Source: a virus
DNA length: 64,000 bases
Virus record (IMG/VR): IMGVR_UViG_3300043446_004488
Location: 1 to 64,000 of that record
Reading direction: 5' to 3' (one strand)
Shown here one piece after another: positions 31,330-39,617 of this stretch. A program made the translations under genes and the position numbers. Below the pieces are notes generated by a model that saw nothing but the letters and a program-made list of their open reading frames with translations, did no database searches and was not told where the DNA came from. Every line of letters begins with the position of its first letter. The first letter of the stretch is position 1.

Positions 31330-31377
31330 TGGATTACCTCGGATTGATTGGATTAATTGGATTGTTTATCCACAGAT

Positions 31378-31406
31378 ATCATAACAAAGCGAAGGTTATC
31401 TGTCAA
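31378..31406 (-). promoter_or_regulatory. Sigma70-type promoter of gp32
   Basis: TTGACA-17nt-TATGAT. Confidence 0.75.
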
Positions 31407-31731
31407 CCTCCGCTTCCCTTTTAATTTTCTTAATGACATTCTGCATATTATCAAACAACTTATTCATGTCTGATGGATCTCCATATCCCAAAAGTCTTGA
31501 TGACTCTATAATTCTTTCCTTCATTTCAATTGCCTTAGGATCATCAGAAAGAGTCAATCTTGTATACAATATCTTTTGCTTCTCTAACAAATCAGACAGA
31601 AGATTTACATGTTCCATCTTCTCATCCTTAGACATAATAGGGAATCTCAATACGCTTCTTGTCAATTCCCTTTGAAGTCTTTCAATAGTCTTCATTTCAT
31701 TCTGAACAATCTCTGAATCAAAGAAATCCAT
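31396..31731 (-). CDS. Conserved cyanophage protein (DUF1825-like)
   Basis: FFDSEIVQ...LLEKQKILYTRL.LSDDP.A. Confidence 0.7.
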   Translation of the reverse strand: MDFFDSEIVQNEMKTIERLQRELTRSVLRFPIMSKDEKMEHVNLLSDLLEKQKILYTRLTLSDDPKAIEMKERIIESSRLLGYGDPSDMNKLFDNMQNVIKKIKREAEVDR

Positions 31732-31732
31732 A

Positions 31733-32323
31733 TTACCTCTCTACAATACTCTTTAGAACTTTTTTATAGCTCTTTACATCAGTATTTAGAAATGGTGAAT
31801 ACTTTTGTATCTTTAAAGACACTATCTCCCATACTGGATCTAAAAGTTGTTGGTCAAATTTATTCCTGAAGAGGAAAATTTTATTCCAAATAGTAAATGT
31901 TTCTATACAAATATTTCCACTCAGGAATTTTTTAAGAATGATTGGATGTTGCCTTGAGGCATCAAGAATTTCCTCCAGGTTGCCTTCAGACAACAAACTT
32001 TCAGATTCCTGTTTGAAGATATACATCAAACTCTGTTGTCTTTTCATCCATTCTTTATAACAACTCTCACCTTCTCTAATCAGTTGACCAATCCAAACTG
32101 CTTGTGGATTATCTAAAGCAACAAAGTTTGAGAGAAAAAAATCTTTTACCTCATCATCATTCTTCTGTCTACTGATTCTTTCAAACCAATACTTATCTTT
32201 GCGTTTATTGAATGATTCTACTGATGCTCTTGACTTACCTGCATATTTGAAGTAATCATACTTTGGTTTACTGAAATGATTTTTGAGTGCCAGATAAATT
32301 TTATAGGCATCAAAAGGTGTCAT
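31733..32323 (-). CDS. gp59: Helicase loader gp59
   Basis: AYKIYLALKNHF...YDYFKY.GK...F.KRKDKY.F. Confidence 0.9.
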   Translation of the reverse strand: MTPFDAYKIYLALKNHFSKPKYDYFKYAGKSRASVESFNKRKDKYWFERISRQKNDDEVKDFFLSNFVALDNPQAVWIGQLIREGESCYKEWMKRQQSLMYIFKQESESLLSEGNLEEILDASRQHPIILKKFLSGNICIETFTIWNKIFLFRNKFDQQLLDPVWEIVSLKIQKYSPFLNTDVKSYKKVLKSIVER

Positions 32324-32577
32324 ATTAAAAGTTTAGCTCTAGATGTTCTTTTTAAAAAATTTAAATTAATGGCATCACACTTAAGCTTTTCTTTCAGTGG
32401 TTTGCTAATCAGCTTACTTACAGAATCAACCTCTAAGTTATTTTGTTCGCAGTAAAAAACTATTGCATCTATGTAATTCATATCATCATTAGTTTTCACA
32501 ATCTCTTCAATAATTTGTGCAAACTTTGATGGGCATAAGAACTTTAATTCTAATGCATCTTTTAATTTATCTTCCAT
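32320..32577 (-). CDS. gp33: Late transcription co-activator gp33
   Basis: YIDAIV.YCE.N.LE...V.KLISKPLKEKL..DA..LNFL. Confidence 0.9.
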   Translation of the reverse strand: MEDKLKDALELKFLCPSKFAQIIEEIVKTNDDMNYIDAIVFYCEQNNLEVDSVSKLISKPLKEKLKCDAINLNFLKRTSRAKLLI

Positions 32578-33247
32578 ATTCTTTTAATTTTGATTGAATA
32601 AACTCTTTAATGTATCCATTAAGTAACTTAATATACTTCATTTTATCATACTCTTCATACACAACGCAATCCCCATCTTCACATGCCATTAAGATAACTA
32701 ACTTTTTGACTGGAATATCTGTTATCTCATAGAACATACAAGCATAAGCAGCACACTGAACAAAGTAATGTTCAATCCACTCTTTTGGTTTTGGTTTCTT
32801 TGATGTCTTAAAGTCTATGACTGCAAGTTCACCATTATATTCTGCAATACAATCTACAGTTCCTGCAATACCTAACTGTTTGCTATAAAGAGAACTTTCA
32901 AGAGCATAGATATTATTTATATTTTTTAACTCTTTTTTGAGATTTTTAAATAAGAAATATGAAAGGGGTTGAGTTTGTGGAAGAGTTTCAGCATTATTTA
33001 AATGTCCCTCAACCAAAGTGTGCAAATCAGTTCCACGACTTGTTGCCTGTCTGTTAACTCTATTTGCTTCTTCTTCACCTACCTTTTTTCTCCATTCTTC
33101 AAAGATATGTCTATTGTGAAAACTGGTGACTGATGTAATAGAAACTAACCTGGAGAGTTTGTCTTCCCCAGGCAGTCTGTAATATCTTACTCCATCAATT
33201 TCTTCCCTTTCAAGTTTGGGAAGATTCATATCAATATGATTGAACAT
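32567..33247 (-). CDS. PD-(D/E)XK exonuclease
   Basis: SITSV...RGT.LH...AGTVDCIAEY.G.LAVIDFKTS...Q..AYA. Confidence 0.85.
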   Translation of the reverse strand: MFNHIDMNLPKLEREEIDGVRYYRLPGEDKLSRLVSITSVTSFHNRHIFEEWRKKVGEEEANRVNRQATSRGTDLHTLVEGHLNNAETLPQTQPLSYFLFKNLKKELKNINNIYALESSLYSKQLGIAGTVDCIAEYNGELAVIDFKTSKKPKPKEWIEHYFVQCAAYACMFYEITDIPVKKLVILMACEDGDCVVYEEYDKMKYIKLLNGYIKEFIQSKLKEYGR

Positions 33248-34008
33248 TAAAATCCTGCTGCCATTTTATTTACAATATAAGATTTGACAAGTCCTGAACG
33301 AACAATATCTTCAACACCAAATTCAACACACTCAAACTCTGGCATTCTCTGAATGATTTTCATAAAATCAAGAATACCATTTCTTTCATTAGACTTAGTA
33401 AGGTCTGTTTGAGTAGCATCACCACAGAACATAATCTTAGAGTTGTCACCAACTCTTGTAATTATACTATCAAGTTCATGGAAATTCAAGTTCTGGCATT
33501 CATCCACAATAATAATAGAGTTGTCTAAAGTTGTACCTCTGATAAAAGATGTACTCCAAAACTTAATTGTTTCTTGTGTCTTCAGATTTCCATAGAGCAT
33601 TTCAAAATCTGAATCACTAGGAAGTTCAAACATATACTTTACCATATTCTTATATGGAATCTGATAAAGTGATGACTTGTCTTCATGGTCTCCAGGAAGA
33701 AATCCAATCTCTCTTGTGGCAACAAGTGACCTGACAATTACAATCTTATCATAAGGAGTTAGTTCATCAAGAACATCCTTGAGTGCCAGATACAAAGCAC
33801 AGAATGTTTTTCCTGTACCAGCACAACCATAAACAAAAAGGTGCTTATTCAAATCATAAGCATCAAAAAGAACTGTTTGATTTTTAGTTAATGGTTGAAT
33901 ATCAACTAAACTTTCTGAACTAATTGGTTTCCTTTTTTTTCTATTTCTTGCTGTAGTACCAATTCCAATAGGAGAATCTCCTGAGTTTCTTCTTCTGTTT
34001 CTTGCCAT
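33247..34008 (-). CDS. phoH: PhoH-like ATPase
   Basis: GCAGTGKT Walker A, GFLPG, RGTTLD, IVDECQN, GD..Q.DL. Confidence 0.95.
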   Translation of the reverse strand: MARNRRRNSGDSPIGIGTTARNRKKRKPISSESLVDIQPLTKNQTVLFDAYDLNKHLFVYGCAGTGKTFCALYLALKDVLDELTPYDKIVIVRSLVATREIGFLPGDHEDKSSLYQIPYKNMVKYMFELPSDSDFEMLYGNLKTQETIKFWSTSFIRGTTLDNSIIIVDECQNLNFHELDSIITRVGDNSKIMFCGDATQTDLTKSNERNGILDFMKIIQRMPEFECVEFGVEDIVRSGLVKSYIVNKMAAGF

Positions 34009-34250
34009 TAGATTTTCTTTACTCGTGAACCAGGGGCTTTACTTGCTTTTTCAAGAACATCATTCCATCCAGGTTTTTTGCTGATTAGTTTATCACGCCA
34101 ATCACCAACTTCCCCTGGAGTTGCACATCCTTCAGACCAATCCCTTTTCCATTCAGGATTGTCTTTATACCACTGAGTGATATCATGAACACTCATTTCA
34201 ATCACTTTCTTTTCGCCAGTTTCTACATGAACAATAGGATAAATTGCCAT
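34008..34250 (-). CDS. Conserved cyanophage hypothetical protein
   Basis: 80 aa, translationally coupled to phoH. Confidence 0.75.
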   Translation of the reverse strand: MAIYPIVHVETGEKKVIEMSVHDITQWYKDNPEWKRDWSEGCATPGEVGDWRDKLISKKPGWNDVLEKASKAPGSRVKKI

Positions 34251-34274
34251 AAGTTAAAAATCAATATGTATTAT

Positions 34275-34910
34275 TTAGACCCATTCAAGAGCTTCTGAGA
34301 CTGAAGGGAACTGCTCTACAAACACTTTCTTACATTCCAAAGCAATGTCCATATGCTCTTTTTGAGTTCCATTAGCAGACCTAAGATTAATATAATGAAT
34401 CCAACTTCTACAAGAACCTGTCATATAAATTCTTGTTGGAGTTGCTAAAGGAAGAACAAATCTTGCACACTCTTTTGCTACACCTGCTTCCAACATTCTT
34501 TTATAAAGATTATTTGCTTGTGTAAAATGTTCTGCAATTTCTGTTTGAAACTTAAGTTTTACATAATCTCCCAAATCATCTGTAGAATTTTGACGATTTT
34601 TTGTATCTTGTTTACGTAAGTCTGGGATAGGAATTTTCTCAGTCAGCAAGCTAGTATCAGCATATCTTTGAGAAAACTCTTGAAATGTAAAAGATCTGTG
34701 CCTGAGAATCTGAGCAGCAATTCCTCTTGTAGTTTCAATTTCAAGACTCATAGAAGACTGTTCAAACACAGACCAATGGTTGTGCTTAATGCAATAACGA
34801 AGAAGTCCTGCATAGTTTTCATTATCCTGGTTAGAAGGATTAGAAACCCTGGCAATATATGCCATAGTCCTTTCTGCATCTGGAGTAACGCTAATAAGTC
34901 TGACAGTCAT
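34275..34910 (-). CDS. thyX: FAD-dependent thymidylate synthase
   Basis: HWSVFE, QILRHRSFTFQEFSQRY, ARFVLP. Confidence 0.95.
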   Translation of the reverse strand: MTVRLISVTPDAERTMAYIARVSNPSNQDNENYAGLLRYCIKHNHWSVFEQSSMSLEIETTRGIAAQILRHRSFTFQEFSQRYADTSLLTEKIPIPDLRKQDTKNRQNSTDDLGDYVKLKFQTEIAEHFTQANNLYKRMLEAGVAKECARFVLPLATPTRIYMTGSCRSWIHYINLRSANGTQKEHMDIALECKKVFVEQFPSVSEALEWV

Positions 34911-35071
34911 TTTTTACCAAATCCTTTGTAATCTCTATGTTCTAATCTTTTAAGTTCACTTTCAATCACATCAAGTTGATGCTTCATATAATTTAATTCT
35001 TTTTCAGTATAAATTGAAGATTGTTCTTCTGTAATCCTTTTCAGATACTTTACCATTTTTTTAAGTTTCAT
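34907..35071 (-). CDS. Small hypothetical protein (54 aa)
   Basis: Not in track: MKLKKMVKYLKRITEEQSSIYTEKELNYMKHQL...KGFGKK; ATGA overlap with thyX. Confidence 0.7.
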   Translation of the reverse strand: MKLKKMVKYLKRITEEQSSIYTEKELNYMKHQLDVIESELKRLEHRDYKGFGKK

Positions 35072-35226
35072 CAACTAAAAACCTCATCATAATCTTCAGT
35101 AAAAGGAGTCACCATAGAATCTTCATCCATTGAAATTTGCATAGGAGGTTCTTCTATTTCGTGCTTTAAAGATTGGACTAGAAGTTCCATGTTTCTAACA
35201 ATCATTCTAACTTTTTCTTTATCCAT
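35071..35226 (-). CDS. Small acidic hypothetical protein (51 aa)
   Basis: Not in track: MDKEKVRMIVRNMELLVQSLKHEI...DYDEVFS; GGAGG upstream. Confidence 0.7.
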   Translation of the reverse strand: MDKEKVRMIVRNMELLVQSLKHEIEEPPMQISMDEDSMVTPFTEDYDEVFS

Positions 35227-35248
35227 TTAATTTATTATTATCCTCCAA

Positions 35249-35288
35249 ATTTTACACAAAAAAAGAGGGGAAGTCAATTCCCCTCCTT
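35249..35288 (-). terminator. Intrinsic terminator overlapping a sigma70 promoter
   Basis: GAGGGGAA-TTGAC-TTCCCCTC plus U-tract; TTGACT-17nt-TAAAAT. Confidence 0.7.
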
Positions 35289-35290
35289 AA

Positions 35291-35395
35291 TTATACAACT
35301 TGATATTTGGCTTTTGCCATATTCACTTGGGCATTGTGAAGTTTAGATTCTTTCTTTGCTTTATTTTTTAAATATTGAATAAAAGTAATTTTCAT
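35291..35395 (-). CDS. 34-aa basic peptide downstream of the glutamine riboswitch
   Basis: Not in track: MKITFIQYLKNKAKKESKLHNAQVNMAKAKYQVV with AAGGAG Shine-Dalgarno. Confidence 0.7.
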   Translation of the reverse strand: MKITFIQYLKNKAKKESKLHNAQVNMAKAKYQVV

Positions 35396-35423
35396 AGGTC
35401 TGCTCCTTTACTTAAGTGTAATG

Positions 35424-35480
35424 GTGCGTTCCTTCGGATTTCCTACTTCCGTTTGCTATTTGCAGATAGCAAATGAACGT
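35424..35480 (-). ncRNA. Glutamine riboswitch (glnA motif)
   Basis: CGUUCA-UUUGCUAU(loop)AUAGCAAA-CGGAAGUAGG...CCGAAGGAACGC matches the glnA three-way-junction/E-loop pattern. Confidence 0.85.
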
Positions 35481-35503
35481 GTTTTATGTATACAAGTAAT
35501 TTT

Positions 35504-35517
35504 GTATCTTTTGATAC
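35504..35517. promoter_or_regulatory. NtcA-binding site
   Basis: GTA-TCTTTTGA-TAC (GTA-N8-TAC) within the larger dyad TTGTATC..GATACAA. Confidence 0.7.
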
Positions 35518-35521
35518 AATT

Positions 35522-35719
35522 TTATTCAATCTCCCAACACCTTTCAAATTTTCCCCTCAACTCATTGAGCTTCATTTCTTCAGAGTATGTTAAAAGGTGT
35601 TGGTTTATTTCTTGCTCTTGCTCAGTAAATTCCAATCTATACTTATGTTTAATAATAAAGAGTTTTTCCATATCATCCAAGAATGTTGTTGGTTGATCCA
35701 AAAACTCTTCGTAGGTCAT
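35522..35719 (-). CDS. Hypothetical protein
   Basis: 65-aa ORF coupled to the upstream gene. Confidence 0.65.
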   Translation of the reverse strand: MTYEEFLDQPTTFLDDMEKLFIIKHKYRLEFTEQEQEINQHLLTYSEEMKLNELRGKFERCWEIE

Positions 35720-36039
35720 TAATCTCTTTGCCTCCAGTCATCTGGTTTATCTTCACAAAACCATTCTACTATATCATCTGGACCATCAAATCTTCCTCTA
35801 CCAAATCTTTCATGTCCCAGTCCACCAATATCAAGTTGATTCAAAAAATCATCTAAATCTCCTTCCTGCATATCAGGGTTCTCTGCACGTCTTCTTGCCT
35901 GCCTCAAGATTGTAGCAGCAGAACGATTTGCCTTTGCTAACTTCTCTGCCCAAATCATATCTTCTAGACTCACCTCTTGATGTTGTGCAATCTTCTCACA
36001 GATTGCTTCAAGACGAAGACGATATTGGGTTGATAGCAT
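35719..36039 (-). CDS. Conserved cyanophage hypothetical protein
   Basis: MLSTQYRLRLEAIC...DMIWAEKLAKAN...DWRQRD; CTAAATA upstream. Confidence 0.75.
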   Translation of the reverse strand: MLSTQYRLRLEAICEKIAQHQEVSLEDMIWAEKLAKANRSAATILRQARRRAENPDMQEGDLDDFLNQLDIGGLGHERFGRGRFDGPDDIVEWFCEDKPDDWRQRD

Positions 36040-36069
36040 AAGAATCTCCTTTTATTTACATATTTAGTG

Positions 36070-36399
36070 TTATCTTTCTATGTAACTCAGAGTATGACTG
36101 GTTGCATAAAGTTGTTGTATGATTATATCACATCCAATTTTTGGATTACAATCTCCACAAGTATAAACATCTACTGCTGCCTTTCCTTCCTCTGGCCAAG
36201 TATGAATTGAAATGTGACTTTCTGACAGTAAGCAAAGCACTGTGACCCCTTGAGGTTCAAACTTTTTTGAGATGGTCTGAACCACAGTTGCACCACTTGC
36301 TGCTGCTGCATTTTCTAACAAATCTATAAGGCAAAGTTCATCATCAAGAATGACAAATGAACATCCATATAGATTTAACAAATAATGCTTTCCCATCAC
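36070..36399 (-). CDS. speD: S-adenosylmethionine decarboxylase proenzyme (pyruvoyl family)
   Basis: F.PQGVT...L.ESHISIHTWPE...DVYTCG. Confidence 0.9.
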   Translation of the reverse strand: MMGKHYLLNLYGCSFVILDDELCLIDLLENAAAASGATVVQTISKKFEPQGVTVLCLLSESHISIHTWPEEGKAAVDVYTCGDCNPKIGCDIIIQQLYATSHTLSYIER

Positions 36400-36650
36400 T
36401 TACCCTTTTTCTTTGGTGTAGATCCATAAATTTTTGGATTGACTCTACCATCAGTCCAATTTATTGCAAGGACCTTTCCATATTCATCATAATAATGGTC
36501 AAAAATATTGACACGAGTTCCTTGGACAATATCATACATAATTTTATCCACAGAACAATACTTCACCAAATAGGAATTAATTGGGAGGGATTTATCTTTC
36601 GATAAAGATGAATCACAGTTTTTATGTATAATTTTAATACTCCCCTCCAT
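36396..36650 (-). CDS. Conserved cyanophage hypothetical protein
   Basis: 84 aa; IFDHYYD.YG...GRVNPK. Confidence 0.7.
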   Translation of the reverse strand: MEGSIKIIHKNCDSSLSKDKSLPINSYLVKYCSVDKIMYDIVQGTRVNIFDHYYDEYGKVLAINWTDGRVNPKIYGSTPKKKGK

Positions 36651-36653
36651 TTA

Positions 36654-37088
36654 TCATCCCCAAATAATATCAGGAAAAGCTTCTTGAACAACTACTTTAG
36701 TGAGTTTATATCTTTTATGCAGCTGCTTATCCTTCAAAAGACACATAAGTTCTGCTTCAGACTCATGGAGTGCCTCCAACATCTGAATGAACATGGTTTC
36801 TCTTTTAGTTTGTTTAATATCGCTTACTCCTTTTACGAAGTAATTAAACTTTCTCCACTCATGAATCAGTTTTGTATGTTCTGTTCCAATAGGGGCATCA
36901 TTTTTATTGTAAGGAACTTCTCCTTCTGGAAGTGCTGATTCAACTCTTGAATCAAAATTCCAAATTAAAACAGACCTTAGAGCAGGACTGTCATAATGTC
37001 TTAAAATATGTATCTTTTCGTCTCTAGTTTTTGCATTAGAAACTCTTTGAATGATTTCAGACACCAATAAATCTGGTGGTAATTTCAT
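36654..37088 (-). CDS. Conserved T4-like phage hypothetical protein
   Basis: LIWNFD....LPEGEVPY...RETMFIQMLE.LH..EA. Confidence 0.75.
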   Translation of the reverse strand: MKLPPDLLVSEIIQRVSNAKTRDEKIHILRHYDSPALRSVLIWNFDSRVESALPEGEVPYNKNDAPIGTEHTKLIHEWRKFNYFVKGVSDIKQTKRETMFIQMLEALHESEAELMCLLKDKQLHKRYKLTKVVVQEAFPDIIWG

Positions 37089-37104
37089 AAGTCAACTCCA
37101 TTAA

Positions 37105-37329
37105 TTAATCTTCAGAATCTTCATCCTCCTCTAACATATCAGTATTTTCAAATCTAAATGCTATGAGTTCATCTGGAAGAACATTTCCATTTTCATCAAA
37201 CATTTCTGGATGATATGTGTATGGTTCTCTTTGGGAAAGATGCTGTTTAGTAGCCCATCCAAATAAGAATCCAATCATCACACCAAAAATAACAAATAAT
37301 ACTGAAAAAACAAGGGTTAATGCTAACAT
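37105..37329 (-). CDS. Small membrane protein
   Basis: N-terminal TM helix; HPEMFDENGN.LPDE. Confidence 0.7.
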   Translation of the reverse strand: MLALTLVFSVLFVIFGVMIGFLFGWATKQHLSQREPYTYHPEMFDENGNVLPDELIAFRFENTDMLEEDEDSED

Positions 37330-37344
37330 AGTACTTCTCCTAAA

Positions 37345-37527
37345 CTACTTTTGTTTTCCTATATTCAAGGAAAAATTAAAGTAGATGGTTATTTCTTTTT
37401 TAAAGAAAGGAACCACCCTCTCAAAACATATTGAAAATGTTTTTTTGTTTGGGGTCCTCCTTTTTAATACTAATTCAACACCCCTGTTAATGGGAGGAGT
37501 ATTACGACTATTTATCAAGGTCTTCAA
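37345..37527 (-). CDS. Hypothetical protein
   Basis: 60-aa ORF overlapping the glutaredoxin stop. Confidence 0.5.
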   Translation of the reverse strand: MKTLINSRNTPPINRGVELVLKRRTPNKKTFSICFERVVPFFKKEITIYFNFSLNIGKQK

Positions 37528-37772
37528 ACTAAATTATTTTCTTTGAGATACTTAACTGTATCAGAGCATCCACCAAGATGCTTATCATCTGCAATCACTT
37601 GAGGAAATGTAGACCCCTCTCCAAACTCTGCATAAAAATCTTCTTTAGTAAAATGAGTTCCTAAAACATATTCTCTAATTGAATATCCTTTTGACACACT
37701 TAAGGAAGACAAAACTTGAAGTACTTTTGTACAATAGGGGCAACCATGTTTAGTGTAAACTGTAAAATTCAT
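37524..37772 (-). CDS. nrdC: Glutaredoxin
   Basis: CPYC active site, TFPQV, GG..D. Confidence 0.9.
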   Translation of the reverse strand: MNFTVYTKHGCPYCTKVLQVLSSLSVSKGYSIREYVLGTHFTKEDFYAEFGEGSTFPQVIADDKHLGGCSDTVKYLKENNLV

Positions 37773-37777
37773 AATTC

Positions 37778-39040
37778 TTAAATTCTTACTGGATGTGGAC
37801 GTCTTTTGTTTGATTTAATAGCACATAACCAAGCGTTGGTGACTGCAATATTGTCTTCCCACCAAGTTGTATCCAATCTAAATTCTTGAAATTTGATTGA
37901 AGTATTTCTAATAAATTGTGCCTTTTCGCTTCTTGTATAATACCAAAAACTATTTTGATTCCAATAACTTACGTGTGTTGGGTCCTGCCAAGCTCCCCTA
38001 CCATCAGTAGAAGGAACTTCAATAAATGCCCAACCACCATCACAAAGAACTCTATAAATTTCACTCATAGTTTTGATTGGGTCTTTTAGATGTTCAATTA
38101 CATGACTTGCATTAATCACGCCAACACTGTTATCTGGAAGTGGAATTCCCTCATTTAAATCACAAGTAATTTCTCCACCTTCTTGGTCAATTGTAACATA
38201 TCCTGGTCTTGGAAACAATCCTCCTCCAAGGTCTACTTTCATTAATCCATTCAAATCAGCATCACGTTCAGCAAGTTGCTGTGCATATTGATGAAACAAT
38301 TCAAAAGTTTTAATTTGAATTGCCTCATTTCTCTGAAGTTGAGTATTATCTCCTCCAGGAAGCCATCTATAATAATAGAGAACTTTTGGAATAAAACAAA
38401 ACTTTGTTTTCAAATATGTTCTAATTACTAACTCATGGTCATCACAAATATTTAATTCAGGATTATGACCTCCAAGTTCCTGATATACAGACTTTCTCCA
38501 AGCTCTTACATGATCTGGAGCATACCAAATAATACCAATACTATGACTTGTTGGAGGAAAGGCATCAATTTTAATAAAATCTTCCCCTCTAAAATTCATC
38601 CACTTATAAGTCCACCCATTATCAGAATTCCAAGGAATCTTATGTTCATCACCTCTCATATCATAAAGAAGGTCTTCACTATAGGCAAATCCAACTTCTT
38701 CATCTTGAAAAGCATTATTTAGTTCCTCTAAACAATCTTCAGATAACAAATCATCATGGTCTACTTCTACAAGAATATCTCCCCTTCCAAGTTGAAAAGC
38801 TTTATTTTTAATAAATCCTATATTAGGGTGAGTAATACCATTATGAATTTTAACTCTATCATCATCTCTCAATTCTTGAGGAAGATTTGAAACCTTACAA
38901 TTACCATTTAGATAAAGAATCCACTCCCAATTTGTATATGTTTGTGCTTTGATAGTTTCATAAAGTTCTATCAAAAATGGAATATTTTCTTTTTTATGTT
39001 CTGGAGTAATAATACTAAACTTATAATTCATATCAATCAA
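37778..39040 (-). CDS. GT2 glycosyltransferase fused to a SAM-dependent methyltransferase-like domain
   Basis: FSIITP...QTY.NWEW...EVDHDD; C-terminal VDLGGG...SHVIEH...PTH. Confidence 0.8.
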   Translation of the reverse strand: MIDMNYKFSIITPEHKKENIPFLIELYETIKAQTYTNWEWILYLNGNCKVSNLPQELRDDDRVKIHNGITHPNIGFIKNKAFQLGRGDILVEVDHDDLLSEDCLEELNNAFQDEEVGFAYSEDLLYDMRGDEHKIPWNSDNGWTYKWMNFRGEDFIKIDAFPPTSHSIGIIWYAPDHVRAWRKSVYQELGGHNPELNICDDHELVIRTYLKTKFCFIPKVLYYYRWLPGGDNTQLQRNEAIQIKTFELFHQYAQQLAERDADLNGLMKVDLGGGLFPRPGYVTIDQEGGEITCDLNEGIPLPDNSVGVINASHVIEHLKDPIKTMSEIYRVLCDGGWAFIEVPSTDGRGAWQDPTHVSYWNQNSFWYYTRSEKAQFIRNTSIKFQEFRLDTTWWEDNIAVTNAWLCAIKSNKRRPHPVRI

Positions 39041-39617
39041 AGAAAAACATATGGAATAATCTTGAGTCTTCTACATCTTTACCAAAGTATTGAGATGCAG
39101 CATGAATACACTTACCATTAAAGATAACTAATCTATTAAAAACATTTCCTACAGTATCTACTAATTCAAATTTAGTTCCATCATAAAATCCTCCATCAAA
39201 AGCAATGTCAATCCCAGGGTCAGTGCAATGTCTTGCTTTAGTTTCTTTATGTGCATACATAGATGTCCCAGATTGAAATGGTGCATCAGGAGTTAGATAA
39301 ACCATACCTGCCCACTGTTGTAGGTCAGTATGATATACAAGAGGATCTTCTGCATTACAGGTTTGAAAGACGCCATTCATATTATAGTCTTCCCAAATAG
39401 AAATTGATTGTCCAATAATACTTTCAAAAACTTTTTTTGTTCCAGGAACAAAAAATTTTTCTTGGGTTCTTTTACCTTTATAATACCTCAAATCTGCAAT
39501 AAACTCTTGCTGTAAAGCAAACTCTCTAACTGCATAGGGATCAGTATAAAAGTTATCTACTACAAAGATTCTTTTATCAAAATTGTAATTGATTGTACTG
39601 TTACTTAAAAACATCAT
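39033..39617 (-). CDS. 2OG-Fe(II) oxygenase-like protein (DUF6445-like)
   Basis: VVDNFY.DP; HTD...YLTPDAP..SGT...N.FNRLVIF....H...R. Confidence 0.75.
   Translation of the reverse strand: MMFLSNSTINYNFDKRIFVVDNFYTDPYAVREFALQQEFIADLRYYKGKRTQEKFFVPGTKKVFESIIGQSISIWEDYNMNGVFQTCNAEDPLVYHTDLQQWAGMVYLTPDAPFQSGTSMYAHKETKARHCTDPGIDIAFDGGFYDGTKFELVDTVGNVFNRLVIFNGKCIHAASQYFGKDVEDSRLFHMFFFD

Noticed and set aside
32567-33247. Cas4/CRISPR association of the PD-(D/E)XK nuclease
   Set aside because: Core T4-like exonuclease context between phoH and gp33; no cas genes or arrays
35421-35696. Plus-strand 91-aa ORF
   Set aside because: Antisense to the glutamine riboswitch and a minus-strand CDS
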